DNA from: an uncultured Candidatus Entotheonella sp.
Lineage (GTDB): Bacteria; Tectomicrobia; Entotheonellia; Entotheonellales; Entotheonellaceae
Length of the DNA stretch: 64,000 bases
Direction of reading: 5' to 3'
NCBI GenBank assembly: GCA_965217185.1
Contig: OZ244252.1
Span: 3,552,001-3,616,000 of the forward strand
Part shown: piece after piece, positions 44,723-55,645 of the stretch
Layout: each line of letters begins with the position of its first letter
How positions within the stretch are numbered: position 1 is the stretch's first letter
Position numbers and translations under genes: made by a program
Notes under the pieces: model-generated
What the model was told of the DNA's origin: nothing
The model's input: only the letters and a program-made list of their open reading frames with translations
The model's database searches: none

Positions 44723-45682
44723 TTACGACGCCACCTGCGGCAGGATGTCGGCGGCGCAGCGCTCGAGCTGGCCGACCTGATCCGGGCAGGCGAAGCGGAT
44801 AACGATGGTTTGCGCGCCGGCCGCGGCGAAGTCTCGTAGCCAGGCGATGCAGGTGTCGGGCGTGCCGTAGCAGAAGCTCTGCACGCGGGCCATGACGTCA
44901 TAGGGGGCGTTGTAATACCCTTCGGCGAACGCCCTCGTTTCCCGCTCGGCCTGGGCCGCGTCGTCGTTGATGTTCAGGGTGGTATACACGCAGCGGTGCA
45001 GTTCCTGGGGGTCGCGTCCGGCCTCGCGGGCGAAGCCGTCCAGTTGTTGCGACTGCTCGACGAATATCTGCGGCGACACGGGATTGGGGTACCAGCCGTC
45101 GCCGAGGCGCGCCACGCGACGCAGTGAGTTATCGACCGAGCCGGCGATCCACATCGGGATGCCGGAGGCGTTGTACGGGCGCAGGCCGAGGCTGACGTCC
45201 TGCAGTTGGAAATGGCGCCCGCTGAAGGTGACGCTGGGCTCGCGCCACAGGCGGCGCATGAGGGTTACGGTTTCCTCGAAAATACCCAGTCGGTGGTCGA
45301 TGGAGACGCCGCACGCCTCGAATTCGGCGCGCACCGCCGGCATTTTGGAGGCGATGCCGAGGCCGAGAATCAGGCGGCCCTCGCTGAGCAGATCGAGGTT
45401 GGCGGCCTCGTTGGCCATGACGACCGGATGGCGCAGCGCCGGCAGCAGTACCGCGGTGCCCACCTTAACGTGCCGGGCGCGGGCGGCAACGGCCGCCAGG
45501 GTGGTGAAGGCTTCCAGGCGCGGCCGCGCGAGGATGCTGTCGCCCGCCCAAACCGAGTCGAAGTTCAGCGCTTCGGCGCGTTCGGCCAGGTCGATAATCC
45601 GGCCCACGTCGGGGGTTGGCTGGTTCATGACGAGCTCGCGGGTCGGCAGCAGAAAGCCGTAGGAAACCGCAGAATCGGGCAT
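44723..45682 (-). CDS. Luciferase-like monooxygenase (LLM) family oxidoreductase
   Basis: AEALNFDSVW, GTAVLLP.LRHP, GRLILGLG, RVARLGDGW. Confidence 0.9.
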   Translation of the reverse strand: MPDSAVSYGFLLPTRELVMNQPTPDVGRIIDLAERAEALNFDSVWAGDSILARPRLEAFTTLAAVAARARHVKVGTAVLLPALRHPVVMANEAANLDLLSEGRLILGLGIASKMPAVRAEFEACGVSIDHRLGIFEETVTLMRRLWREPSVTFSGRHFQLQDVSLGLRPYNASGIPMWIAGSVDNSLRRVARLGDGWYPNPVSPQIFVEQSQQLDGFAREAGRDPQELHRCVYTTLNINDDAAQAERETRAFAEGYYNAPYDVMARVQSFCYGTPDTCIAWLRDFAAAGAQTIVIRFACPDQVGQLERCAADILPQVAS

Positions 45683-45897
45683 TCTGAAAAACTCCTTTTG
45701 GACTATTTGTGCGGAGAGGGTGGTGCCGTAGGACGGGGGCGCATCGTAGCAGATTGTCCGCAGCGCCTCCACCGCGTGCTGCCGGGAAAGCCGCAGTGAG
45801 ACACGACCCGCTGGCGGCGCCCGGCTATCGACAGGACCGGGCCCTGTGATACCATTCCCGCCGACGCCATCGCACAACCTCTCACCCAGGAATTTTT

Positions 45898-46881
45898 ATG
45901 AATACCAATCGTTCCGCCGCATGGGCCTTGGCCGGCGTTGCCGTGGGATTCGGCCTGCCGATCGTGGCGCTTATCGGCCTCATTGTCGCGGTGGGATTCG
46001 GCGCCGCGCAGCTTACCGGCGATGCCATGCCGTCCGCATCCCGCTACACGCAGATTTCCGGGCCGGAAAGCGGGCCGGTGGTAGCGGTGCTCGACGTTGC
46101 CGGACCCATCGTCAGCGGCAGCACGTCGTCGTTTGAAACCCGCGCCGTGGCGGCCTCGGGCGACCTCGTGCCGCTGATCCGCCGCGCCGCCCGCAACCCG
46201 GACGTCGCCGTGTTGGTGCTGCGCCTCAACAGCCCCGGCGGCTCGGTGGTCGGCTCGGACGAAATCTACCACGCCCTGCGCGAAACGCAGAAGCCCGTGG
46301 TGGCGTTCCTGCAGGAGGTGGCCGCTTCCGGGGCGTACTACATCAGCATGGCCGCCGAGCATATCGTCGCCAACCCGAACTCGCTCACCGGCTCGATCGG
46401 CGTCATCGGCCAGTTTCCCAACGCCGAGGCGCTGATGGAGAAGATCGGCGTGCAGGTCACCACCATCAAATCCGGCAAGTCCAAGGACCTCGGCAACCCG
46501 TTCCGGGCCATGAGTGACGAGGAACAGGGCATCTTTCAGGACATCGTGGACGAGACCTACGCGCGCTTCGTGGATATTGTGGTGCGCGGCCGCAACCTGC
46601 CGGAGGACGAGGTGCGCGAGTTGGCCGACGGCCGCATCTATACCGGCCAGAAGGCCCTGGAACTGGGCCTGGTGGACGCCCTCGGCTACCAGCAGGACGC
46701 CATTGACGCCGCCGCCCGGCTGGGAAACATTGACGGCGAGCCGCGCGTGTTGCATTACCGCCGGCGAGGCGGCTTTCTCGACCTGATCGGCGCCAGCGGC
46801 TGGATCGCCGGCGCGGCGTCGCCGCAGCGCTGGCTCAGGCACCTGATGGCGCCGTCCCTGGAATATCGCTGGGAGCCGTGA
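45898..46881 (+). CDS. sppA: Signal peptide peptidase SppA (S49)
   Basis: LNSPGGS, AASGAYY, TGSIGV, KSGKSKD, ADGRIYTG. Confidence 0.93.
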   Translation: MNTNRSAAWALAGVAVGFGLPIVALIGLIVAVGFGAAQLTGDAMPSASRYTQISGPESGPVVAVLDVAGPIVSGSTSSFETRAVAASGDLVPLIRRAARNPDVAVLVLRLNSPGGSVVGSDEIYHALRETQKPVVAFLQEVAASGAYYISMAAEHIVANPNSLTGSIGVIGQFPNAEALMEKIGVQVTTIKSGKSKDLGNPFRAMSDEEQGIFQDIVDETYARFVDIVVRGRNLPEDEVRELADGRIYTGQKALELGLVDALGYQQDAIDAAARLGNIDGEPRVLHYRRRGGFLDLIGASGWIAGAASPQRWLRHLMAPSLEYRWEP

Positions 46882-46923
46882 TCAATTTGACACATCTCAT
46901 CCGAACCCCATTAGGAGGCAGCC

Positions 46924-48297
46924 ATGACGGCCAGCAGCAAGCACGACATGACGATTGAGCAGGAATACGCGGCGCGGTTTCCGCAGTCGCAGCAGTTGCA
47001 CCGCGAGGCGGCGGCGCACCTGCCCGGCGGCGTCACGCACATGGCGCGGTCGTTCGAGCCGTTTCCGATCTATGTTGACCGCTGCGTCGGGCCGTACAAG
47101 TGGGACGTGGACGGCAACCGCTACATTGACTACTGGACCGGCCACGGCGCCATGCTGCTGGGGCACGCCCACCCGGCGGTCGTCGAGGCGATCCAGGAGC
47201 AGGCGGCCAAGGGCACGCACGCCGGCGGCAGCACGCGGCGCGAGATCGAGTGGGCGCAACTGATCATGGACATGGTGCCGTGCGCCGAGTCGGTGAAATT
47301 CACCAGCTCCGGCACCGAGGCGACCCTGCTGGCCCTGCGCGCGGCGCGGGCGGCAACCGGCAAGAGCAAGATCATCAAATTCGAGGGCCATTTTCACGGC
47401 TGGCACGACTATGTGGCGTGCGGCGTCGTGGAGCCGTTTGACGTGCCGCTGTCGGCCGGCATCCCGGAGGCGGTGCAGGACACGGTCATCCTGGTGCCGT
47501 TCAACGACTCTGACGCCCTGAACGCGGCGCTGGACGCCTCGGACGACATCGCCGCGGTGATCGCCGAGCCGGGCGGCTCCTACGACGACACGGTGCCGTC
47601 CAACCCGGCCTTTCTCGCCCATCTACGGGCCGAAACGGCGCGCCGCGGCGTGGTGCTGATTTTCGATGAGGTGGTGACGGGCTTTCGTTACTCGGTCGGC
47701 GGCGCGCAGGAGTATTTCGGCATCACGCCGGACATGACGACGCTGGCCAAGGTGATGGCCGGCGGGCTGAACGGCGGCGCGGTGGTGGGACGCCGGAACA
47801 TCATGGCGGTGTTCGAGCCCACGGCGGACGCGCATTGGAACCGTTACCAGATGGTACCGCATCCGGGGACTTTCAACGCCAATCCGCTTTCCGCCGCGGC
47901 CGGCGTTGCGGCCCTCCAGATCATCGCCAGCGGCGAACCCACCAATCACGCCCAGGAAATGATGGACCTGATGAAGCGCGGCTTCAACGAGGTGCTCGCC
48001 CGCCGCGGCGTGCCGGGCTGCGCCTACGGACGTGCCTCGATCTTCAAGACGTACATCGGCGCCGCGGCGCCGCGCCTCACCCGCCTCGATTTCAGCAACC
48101 TCAAGGACGACACCGCTACCCTGCTGCGCGGCACGCCCCTCACCCCGCTGCTGCGCAAGGGCATGCTGCTCAACGGCGTTGACATGATGCGCGCCGCCGG
48201 CTTTCTCTCCGCCGCCCATACCCCCGACATCGTCGAGGAAACGGTGCAGGCGTTCGACCGCACCCTGACCCGCATGCAGGCGGAGGGCGCGGTGTAG
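46924..48297 (+). CDS. Class III aminotransferase (glutamate-1-semialdehyde aminomutase-like)
   Basis: DVDGNRYIDY, SSGTEAT, FEGHFHG, LIFDEVVTGFR, TLAK, GTFNANP. Confidence 0.9.
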   Translation: MTASSKHDMTIEQEYAARFPQSQQLHREAAAHLPGGVTHMARSFEPFPIYVDRCVGPYKWDVDGNRYIDYWTGHGAMLLGHAHPAVVEAIQEQAAKGTHAGGSTRREIEWAQLIMDMVPCAESVKFTSSGTEATLLALRAARAATGKSKIIKFEGHFHGWHDYVACGVVEPFDVPLSAGIPEAVQDTVILVPFNDSDALNAALDASDDIAAVIAEPGGSYDDTVPSNPAFLAHLRAETARRGVVLIFDEVVTGFRYSVGGAQEYFGITPDMTTLAKVMAGGLNGGAVVGRRNIMAVFEPTADAHWNRYQMVPHPGTFNANPLSAAAGVAALQIIASGEPTNHAQEMMDLMKRGFNEVLARRGVPGCAYGRASIFKTYIGAAAPRLTRLDFSNLKDDTATLLRGTPLTPLLRKGMLLNGVDMMRAAGFLSAAHTPDIVEETVQAFDRTLTRMQAEGAV

Positions 48298-48324
48298 GCT
48301 GGATTGGCGCGGCGCAACCTGGCA
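48294..48324 (+). repeat. Degenerate GTAG-family REP overlapping the aminotransferase stop codon
   Basis: GTAGGCTGGATTGGCGCGGCGCAACCTGGCA aligns colinearly with the other copies. Confidence 0.5.
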
Positions 48325-48433
48325 CTCCCTCTGGGTGCGTCCGGTTCGCCCATGTGAACTCCAGCGTTTCGGCCTCTTCAGTCACCGCCCGTATCGAAAT
48401 CCTGTTCGGAGTCAGGAACAGTTCTCACTGGCG

Positions 48434-51427
48434 TCAATTATTCGCACCAATGGTCGCGAGCAATCCGTCGACGGTAGTCGCCACCTTGTATCTGGCCGGG
48501 GACTCGCCCACTTTGAGGGCGTTGAAGTGCGCCTTTCCGCACTCGATCTTGGCGCTCTCGGTGTTCCGAAGATCGTCGAGAAATAGGCTCCCTTTCGTTT
48601 CAACCACCAAGTAGAGCCGCTCCCCCTCTTCGGTATCGACCAAGACGGCCCAGTCCGGGTTGTAACTGCCGAGCGGCGTCGGCACCGTGAACCATCCGGG
48701 GAGTTTCGCGTAGACTTTAACGGCCGTGTTGTTCTCAAGCTGTTCCGCAAAACGAGACTCGGTGCCGTACTCATAAACGACTTGCTCATAGACCGACTTG
48801 TTCGCGTCGAGCATGTTTCTCAGGTAGCCCGTCAGTTCTTCCGTCTCGAACAATTCCTGCGCAAAATAATGGTCGTCCCCCAAGCGCTGATACTTGATGC
48901 CTTCGACTAACGCATGTCGCTTGCAGTTGTTGATGGCCTGACCGGCAAGCTCGATGAACTGCTGTGGATTGCGCTTGAAGTCGCCGAGGCGTCCACTCGC
49001 ACTGAGAATTCGTTGGATGCTGCGTCGCGTGAGTTGCGTTCGGTCCTGAAGCTCCGTGAGAATGTCGGGCAGCTCGATGTCGGCCTCGTTCAATACGACG
49101 GTTGCCGCGCCGACCCTCTCGGTGGCTTCCACGCCGGATTGGCCGATGGCAATATCCGCCTTGCGCCACTGAAGCCGCGTCTTCGGGATCTCAGGCGCTT
49201 GTTGCAGTGCTCGGGTGCATTTTTCGAGCAGGGCTTCGTTGTCGAACTTCACGCGGTAGGTGGTCTTGTGCTTGATCCGGTCCCATAGCGCTTTGAATTC
49301 CGGGCTGTTGAGCACGGCTTGGCGCGGCCGAACCGACCGCCGCTCATCGGCGTCCTTGATCTCCAGTCGCCCAGCGAGCCTGCGCAGCACCTTGGCAATC
49401 TCCTCGTGTTGCTGCGTAAAGTCGCCAGGAACGGCGAGCGTCTCGTCCTTGAGCGCTTTCCGTAGCGAATCCTGTATCCGCCCCTTGTCGTCGATATAGC
49501 CTTCCGCCTGCAAGTGATGCCACAGGACTTTGGACGCATCGAATCCGAGAGCCGTCACCTTTCCGTCGTCGCTGACAACCGGAATCGCCGCAAACTGATG
49601 CTGCTCCACCACGCCGAAGCGAATCCCGGTGTCTTGCTCGATCTCCTTCTGCAAGTTCTCGGCGAATGCCTCGTAGCTCTCCATCGCGACGACGGTGAGC
49701 GTGTTGACGTCGAACCCGCGCAGGCGCAGGCCCTCCTGGTTGACGCAAAGGCGCAGCCCGCGCCCGATGGTCTGCCGCCGCTCTCGTTCGTTCTGGATCT
49801 CACGGAGTACACAGATTTGGAACACGTTGGGATTGTCCCACCCCTCGCGCAGCGCCGAATGGGAGAAAATGAACTTGAGCGGCGTGTCGAGGCTCAGGAG
49901 CTTTTCCTTCTCGCGCATGATGAGGCTGTAGGCGCGCTCGGCGTTGTCCCGATTGGTCTGGTTATTCTCGGCGGTGTCCGTCCAGCGCTCCTTCCCACCC
50001 TTCCTGTCAATAGAGAAGTAGCCGTCGTGAACTTCCTCGGCCGGCGCGGCGAGGTCAACTTCCCGGAACAGGGTGCGGTAGTCCGGATGGTTGGCAAAAT
50101 GCCGGTACTCCTCCTCGAACATCAAGGCGTACTCGCCCTTGACCGGGTGGCCGTCTTGGTCGTACTGGCGGTACCGACTCACGACGTCGATGAAGAAGAG
50201 AGTCAGCACCTTGATCCCCTGCGGGCGCAGGCGCTTCTCCTTGTCGAGGTGCTCCCGGATGGTGCGGCGAATCATCTCGCGCTTAACGGCGTGCCTGTCC
50301 ACGTCCCCGTAGGACTCCCCCCGTCGCAGGTAGTGTTCGCCGCCGGGCACGCGGAGTTCGACGAACTCGTTCCCCTTCTCGACGCGAATCTCGCCGATGC
50401 GGCAATCCCGGTACACGGCGCGGCCCGTGGTTTGTTCGAGGTCGTCGCCGTCCATGACGGTCTTCTCCCGGCGTCTGACCTTGCCGCCCGACTCCACGTC
50501 AAGCTCGACCCTCGCACTGATGGTCCCGCGTCTGTTGTCCGTGGACAGCAGCCGCACATACGGCTTGTTGTGAGCGTCCTCGACCGTGGCCGACGCCACC
50601 TCGATCTGCTTGACCAGCTTGCGCTCGTAGGCGTCAACGGCATCAAGCCGGTAGACCATGTGGTGCTTTTCGACGTGCGTCGCCGAATAGCGCAGGGTGC
50701 AGAGGGGGTTCATCAACCCCAGCGCTTCTCTTCCCCGCCCCTGCAGCCCGCCGTCGACGCTCTGCGGCTCGTCGACGATGAGCACGGGCCGGGTGGCGTG
50801 AATCAGATCGATGGGCCTCTCGCCGCCCGTCTTCTCGCTGTCCTTGTAGAGGTTGTTGACGTCCCTCTTGTTGATGGCACCGACGGTCACCACCATGATC
50901 TGGACCTGCGGGCTGGTGGCGAAATTCCGCACCTGACCGAGCTTGTTGGAATCGTAGAGAAAATAGTCGAAGGGCGTTCCCGAGTAGAGCGCCCGGAAAT
51001 GGTCCTCGGTGATCTGGAGCGACTTGTAGACGCCTTCCTTGATGGCGACGGAGGGCACGACGATGACGAACTTGGTGAACCCGTACCGTTTGTTCAGCTC
51101 GAAGATCGTGCGCAGGTAGACATACGTCTTGCCCGTGCCCGTTTCCATCTCCACCGTGAAGTCGCCGGAGGCCAGCGAGACGGACGGCGGCACGCCGTTG
51201 CGGAGTTGGATGTCCTTCAGGTTCTTGAGAATCTCCTCGTCGAGCAGGGTCAGGCGATTGCCGACACCGAGATCGTTCTCGGCGAAGGCGAGCTGGGCCT
51301 GGGCTCCTGATGAGGCCGGTGTGACTGTGAACTCGGTCCGACAGACTTCCTGGCCGCGAAAAAGATCACAAACGGCCTCAATCGCCTGAAGCTGGAAGTC
51401 GAGATCAGGTTCGAAATGGAGTTTCAC
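48434..51427 (-). CDS. res: Type III restriction endonuclease subunit Res
   Basis: EMETGTGKT, IVDEPQ, LRYSATH, SALREGWDNPNVFQIC, QTIGRGLR, YNPDW..VETKG nuclease. Confidence 0.95.
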   Translation of the reverse strand: MKLHFEPDLDFQLQAIEAVCDLFRGQEVCRTEFTVTPASSGAQAQLAFAENDLGVGNRLTLLDEEILKNLKDIQLRNGVPPSVSLASGDFTVEMETGTGKTYVYLRTIFELNKRYGFTKFVIVVPSVAIKEGVYKSLQITEDHFRALYSGTPFDYFLYDSNKLGQVRNFATSPQVQIMVVTVGAINKRDVNNLYKDSEKTGGERPIDLIHATRPVLIVDEPQSVDGGLQGRGREALGLMNPLCTLRYSATHVEKHHMVYRLDAVDAYERKLVKQIEVASATVEDAHNKPYVRLLSTDNRRGTISARVELDVESGGKVRRREKTVMDGDDLEQTTGRAVYRDCRIGEIRVEKGNEFVELRVPGGEHYLRRGESYGDVDRHAVKREMIRRTIREHLDKEKRLRPQGIKVLTLFFIDVVSRYRQYDQDGHPVKGEYALMFEEEYRHFANHPDYRTLFREVDLAAPAEEVHDGYFSIDRKGGKERWTDTAENNQTNRDNAERAYSLIMREKEKLLSLDTPLKFIFSHSALREGWDNPNVFQICVLREIQNERERRQTIGRGLRLCVNQEGLRLRGFDVNTLTVVAMESYEAFAENLQKEIEQDTGIRFGVVEQHQFAAIPVVSDDGKVTALGFDASKVLWHHLQAEGYIDDKGRIQDSLRKALKDETLAVPGDFTQQHEEIAKVLRRLAGRLEIKDADERRSVRPRQAVLNSPEFKALWDRIKHKTTYRVKFDNEALLEKCTRALQQAPEIPKTRLQWRKADIAIGQSGVEATERVGAATVVLNEADIELPDILTELQDRTQLTRRSIQRILSASGRLGDFKRNPQQFIELAGQAINNCKRHALVEGIKYQRLGDDHYFAQELFETEELTGYLRNMLDANKSVYEQVVYEYGTESRFAEQLENNTAVKVYAKLPGWFTVPTPLGSYNPDWAVLVDTEEGERLYLVVETKGSLFLDDLRNTESAKIECGKAHFNALKVGESPARYKVATTVDGLLATIGANN

Positions 51428-51443
51428 GTTCTTCCCGCTCCCT

Positions 51444-52881
51444 CTACGCTCTTTCCCCAGCACTCCCGGCGGCCGATAACCCTTCGACAGCAGCCCGTCC
51501 CCTGTCCTTCAGGCGGTATCTCTGGAGTCGGCTGCGGGGTTTTTCAGGAATCGTGTATCCGATACTTCCGTCAGCAACGAGTAGCCGGATCACTCGGTTG
51601 AGCTGACCGGAGATCTGCTTCTGCCCCAGGCTTTTGGAAAGGTCCGCCTTAGACATTGGCCCATCCGCCAATTGCCGGAGCACTCTCGCCGCCAGCGACT
51701 CTGGCTCCGACTCTGGCTGCCGCCGTCCGTCACGGGCAGTCTCATGGGACACGCCTCGGGACCGAGGTCCATCACCGGCCCTGGTAAACACGAACTCCAG
51801 CCGCAGCCCGCCCGGCTCTACCTCCCATCGCGGTTCGACCGTTCCCGCAGTTCGGCAGGCCCTGACGATATCGCCGATGCCGCGTCCCCATGCCTCGACC
51901 ATGCCGGCGCGGAAGAACGTATTGGCGATCCCCGGATTGCGCGGCGCCGAAGCGTGCGTTCCCATGAGCTTGTCGAGCGTCCAGTCGGGAGGCAGCGCCC
52001 CCGGATTCCACAACGCAATACGGTCGTCGTACACCCGGATCTGAATCGGCGCCGGGTTGCCGTAATCCCGGTGCGCGACCGCGTTGAGCACTGCTTCACG
52101 TACCGCCTCACCGGGCGCCGGTGGGGTTTCACGCCGGTAAATGCCGTCGTAGGAAATTTCAGCCCTCGAGTACTTCGTGCGCAGCAGGTCTACCGTGCGG
52201 TCCACTTGGACGAACAGGTTGCCTTCGATGACGTCCTGGTACGCGAGATCGGTCTCCGTTCTGAAGTAGCCGATCTTCACGAAGGCGCCGGCGAAGAAGC
52301 GCGCCGGGTCGGGATGAAACAGCAGGACTGCCGCGCGACGCAGATACTCGCCCTCGCGCAGATGCAGCATCTCGATCAGATCGCCATCGGACTCACTCAG
52401 CGCCTCAGGCGGCAGTCGGTCGCTGGCAATGCCACGCCGACGAAACTCGGCCAGCGTTCTACCGTCCAGCTCCCTCAGCCCAACATCCGGCATCGGCGCA
52501 TCGTCCCAGTTGCGGCCATGCTTACGCAGCAGGAACCGGTTCAGCGCGGCACCCCTCAAGACTTGCTTGGTACTGCCGCTGCGATAGTGGTATTCGCCTT
52601 TGTAGCTGATCGGATTGGTAGGGATCGACCGTGATCTCCAGGTACTCCCCGCTCTCCTCCGACTTGAGGTTCACGTCCACGACGATGCCCAGCAGGGATT
52701 GCGTCTTGTTGGGTATCTCCTCCAACAGCCGAAGCGGGTTCTTCACGCCGACAATCTCGCCGCGGTCGTTCTTGCCGATCACCAATACGCCGCCCTGGGC
52801 GTTAGCGAATCCGCAGATCCATTTCAGATACTCGTCCCGCCAGGACGATTTCCACTCGAGGTTCTGGGCTTCGCCCATCAT
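51444..52881 (-). pseudogene. Schlafen/AlbA_2 + HATPase-like + wHTH protein, frameshifted near 52617
   Basis: EQNLEWKS-like..ICGFANAQGG; YHYRSGSTKQ; REAVLNAVAHRDY, RNPGIA, WGRGI; C-terminal IPEKPRSRLQRY; the halves are out of frame at TAC-C-AAT. Confidence 0.82.
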
Positions 52882-52887
52882 CTTCTC

Positions 52888-54873
52888 TCAGAGGCTCCGC
52901 ACCTTGCCGCGGCCGTGCTGTTTCAGGATGGCCGTGCAGTTCGTCTTGGCGACGTCGTCAGCGAAGGCGCTGTCGCGGAAGACGACGGTTGTTTCGCCCG
53001 CGGGCGCCAACTCGGCGTGCCACGCCGCAATTCCGTGGGCGAGGGATTCGATGTCGTTCCCGGCAATCTTCTCGTCGAGACATGCGACCAACGTACCGGC
53101 GCCGATGGAACGGACCAGCTTGCCCGCGATGGTGCGTGTCTCGATGGGTACGCAGAGATCAAGCCCGAGCTTCGACAGCAACTCGTAGAGGATGTCGTCT
53201 TCGCTGCGGTCGGCCTTGAGGTGGTCGATATGGGTCAGTAGCGTCCTTTCCAGGTCGTCACGGTCCGGTTCCCAGGCGCGGATGTTGGAGGTGTCGAGCT
53301 TGAAGACGCGAAAGCCGAGGTCGCCGGTGAACATCGGGTTCTCGTCTTTGATCTTCTTTGCGGCGCGGCGGAGGCGTTCTTTGGTGAGTTCGGCAAGGGT
53401 GAGTGGTTCACCGATGCAGTCACAAAAGTCGGCGGCCGTCTTTTGATCTACGTTAGTCGGGTCAAGTGGCTCAGGTAGCTGAACCAAGATATAGCGGTAA
53501 TTACCCCCGTTGGCGGCATTGTGCTCTATTACGGCATGACCTGTGGTGCCGGAACCAGCGAAGAAGTCCATCACAACGGCATTCGACTCTCCACCACCCG
53601 CAATCTGAATAAACTTCTGCAGGATCGTTTCGTCTTTGGGATAGTCAAAAACGCGAGCGCCCATGAGGCGATTGAGCCGCTCCGAAGCGGATCGTGCCGG
53701 CTGATAGAAGACGCTTGGCGGCGTGAGCTTGTCAGTCTCGTGCAGATACCGCCGTACCATCACGCTCGTTTCCGTCACAAAGGTGATTCTGCGTTGGTCG
53801 ACCAAACGGTTGAATTCCTTCTGGTCAAAGCTCCACCCACGGTTCGGCCTAAGAGGGATAATCTGACCGGTCCGCGGGTTCTGAAGTTCAAACCGCCGCC
53901 CACCAGGTGCGGTTGGGTCATCCTCCTTGTACGCGCCCAGCGCGTCGATGTTCCTGAAGCGGCGATTCGCGAATGCAGGCTTAGTCTTGTTCGCACGAAA
54001 CCAGCCCGCAAGATCTTCTGACGCAGCTGAGTAATCGGTTCCGTGCAGCTTTTTCAAGCGAGCAACTTCCCGGAGCACTGGCTCTACACCCTCTTTATTC
54101 AGCCCCCAATCTCGCTCTACGTTTTCTCGGTTCTTCGCATAGATAACAACGTAGTCGTGACACACCCCAATCTGACGGGCGTCGTTCTTGTTCGCACCTT
54201 CCCAGATGAGCTCAGCGATGAAATTCTCAGGTCCAAAGACCTCGTCCATGATGAGTCGTATTTGAGCAATCTCGGTATCGTCGACACTCACGAAGATCGT
54301 TCCATCCTTCCGCAAGAGCATCCGTGCCAACCGTAGGCGAGGTAGGATCATATTCATCCAGTCGGTGTGGAAGCGACCCGAAGCTTCGCTCGCACTCGTC
54401 AGCTTTCGCCCATCCGAGTCGATCTGCCCGGTCAACATCTGGTAGTTCTTCACGGAGTTCGAAAAGTCATCGGGGTAGATGACGTCGGCGTCGCGGTTGT
54501 ATGGCGGGTCAATGTAAATGAGCTTCACCTTGCCGGCGTAGCTCTTCTGCAAGAGCTTGAGCACCTCCAGGTTGTCGCCCTCGATCATCAGGTTCCGGGT
54601 CGTGTCCCAGTCGATGCTGTCCTCCGGACAGGGGCGCAAGGTCCCGGTGGAGGGTGTCAACGCGATTTGTCGGGCTCGGCGCTTGCCATGCCAGTTGAGG
54701 CCGTATTTCTCCTCGCGCTCGTCGACCACACCGCCGAGAAGCTGCCTGAGCACCTCGAAATCGACCTTGCCCTCGGTGAACGCCTCGGGAAACAGGCTCT
54801 TGAGATGGTCAAGGTTCTCAGCCACCACATCCGCCGAGCGGGTCTCTGGATCGTTGGCGGTGACCTTTTTCAT
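52888..54873 (-). CDS. mod: Type III modification methyltransferase Mod
   Basis: EGDNLEVLKLL, IYIDPPYN, FDYPK, DFFAGSGTT, DLGFRVFKL. Confidence 0.95.
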   Translation of the reverse strand: MKKVTANDPETRSADVVAENLDHLKSLFPEAFTEGKVDFEVLRQLLGGVVDEREEKYGLNWHGKRRARQIALTPSTGTLRPCPEDSIDWDTTRNLMIEGDNLEVLKLLQKSYAGKVKLIYIDPPYNRDADVIYPDDFSNSVKNYQMLTGQIDSDGRKLTSASEASGRFHTDWMNMILPRLRLARMLLRKDGTIFVSVDDTEIAQIRLIMDEVFGPENFIAELIWEGANKNDARQIGVCHDYVVIYAKNRENVERDWGLNKEGVEPVLREVARLKKLHGTDYSAASEDLAGWFRANKTKPAFANRRFRNIDALGAYKEDDPTAPGGRRFELQNPRTGQIIPLRPNRGWSFDQKEFNRLVDQRRITFVTETSVMVRRYLHETDKLTPPSVFYQPARSASERLNRLMGARVFDYPKDETILQKFIQIAGGGESNAVVMDFFAGSGTTGHAVIEHNAANGGNYRYILVQLPEPLDPTNVDQKTAADFCDCIGEPLTLAELTKERLRRAAKKIKDENPMFTGDLGFRVFKLDTSNIRAWEPDRDDLERTLLTHIDHLKADRSEDDILYELLSKLGLDLCVPIETRTIAGKLVRSIGAGTLVACLDEKIAGNDIESLAHGIAAWHAELAPAGETTVVFRDSAFADDVAKTNCTAILKQHGRGKVRSL

Positions 54874-54886
54874 GGATTCTCCCCGT

Positions 54887-55645
54887 CTACAGTCTTGCAC
54901 GCGCCGAGTCACGGTCTGTCCGCAGGCGCTTGAGTTCGAGGTTGATTTCCGCCAGCCGGGTCATTTGCTTTTCCTTGGCGCCAGCGTCGCTCAACTCGGA
55001 AATCCTCGATTCCAGCCACCCATAGTCCAGCAGGGCCGACGCGCGGTCCGCCGCCTCCGCCGTCGAGGCAGGGATCGAGAAAACGCCGGTAACCCTCGCG
55101 GCACGCAGCGCCTGCACGGCATCAATCCAGGCTTGATAGAGAGCATGGAGGGACCCGCGAGGCTGGCGGGTTATCGCAAGGGAATCGCAAAACGCGGTGA
55201 TGATCCGGTCAGCGCAGCCATTGCCCATGTCGGCTGTGACGACATCACCGTCGAGCACCGTTTTGCCTGCCTCGCCTTGGGACCAGCGTTTGTGGGCCAA
55301 TGAGAGTTCCGTCGTGTCCCCCTGCCGAGCGATCAGCAGCACCGGATAAGGAACTGCTCGGTGCACCAGCTCAGTGAGCCGAGCGGCGCGCGCCCCGGAG
55401 CGCAGGGTAAGTTGCAGCACCGCAATCTCCAGGTACTCCCGCCCCGCATCGCGATATTCAGCCACGCCCACTGTAGTGGGTTTCAATGCGGCCAGCCACC
55501 TGATCTCCGCGACTCCCTCCTGGATGCGCCGCTTGTCGGCCGCCGTCGGCGCGCCATTCTCGATCAGTAACGTCTTTGGAACTCGACGGTCGACGAGGGC
55601 GTCATCGGGGAGCGCCAGAGCAGCGATGAGTTCGAATGAATTCAT
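54887..55645 (-). CDS. DUF4391-family protein
   Basis: RRVPK..I.W...LKP..EIAV..L.ELVHRAVPYP..AHKR; C-terminal KEKQMTR.AEIN. Confidence 0.78.
   Translation of the reverse strand: MNSFELIAALALPDDALVDRRVPKTLLIENGAPTAADKRRIQEGVAEIRWLAALKPTTVGVAEYRDAGREYLEIAVLQLTLRSGARAARLTELVHRAVPYPVLLIARQGDTTELSLAHKRWSQGEAGKTVLDGDVVTADMGNGCADRIITAFCDSLAITRQPRGSLHALYQAWIDAVQALRAARVTGVFSIPASTAEAADRASALLDYGWLESRISELSDAGAKEKQMTRLAEINLELKRLRTDRDSARARL

Noticed and set aside
46924..48297. Calling the aminotransferase hemL
   Set aside because: GGVNSPVR-type HemL signatures are altered (GGVTHMAR); more likely a paralog of unknown substrate
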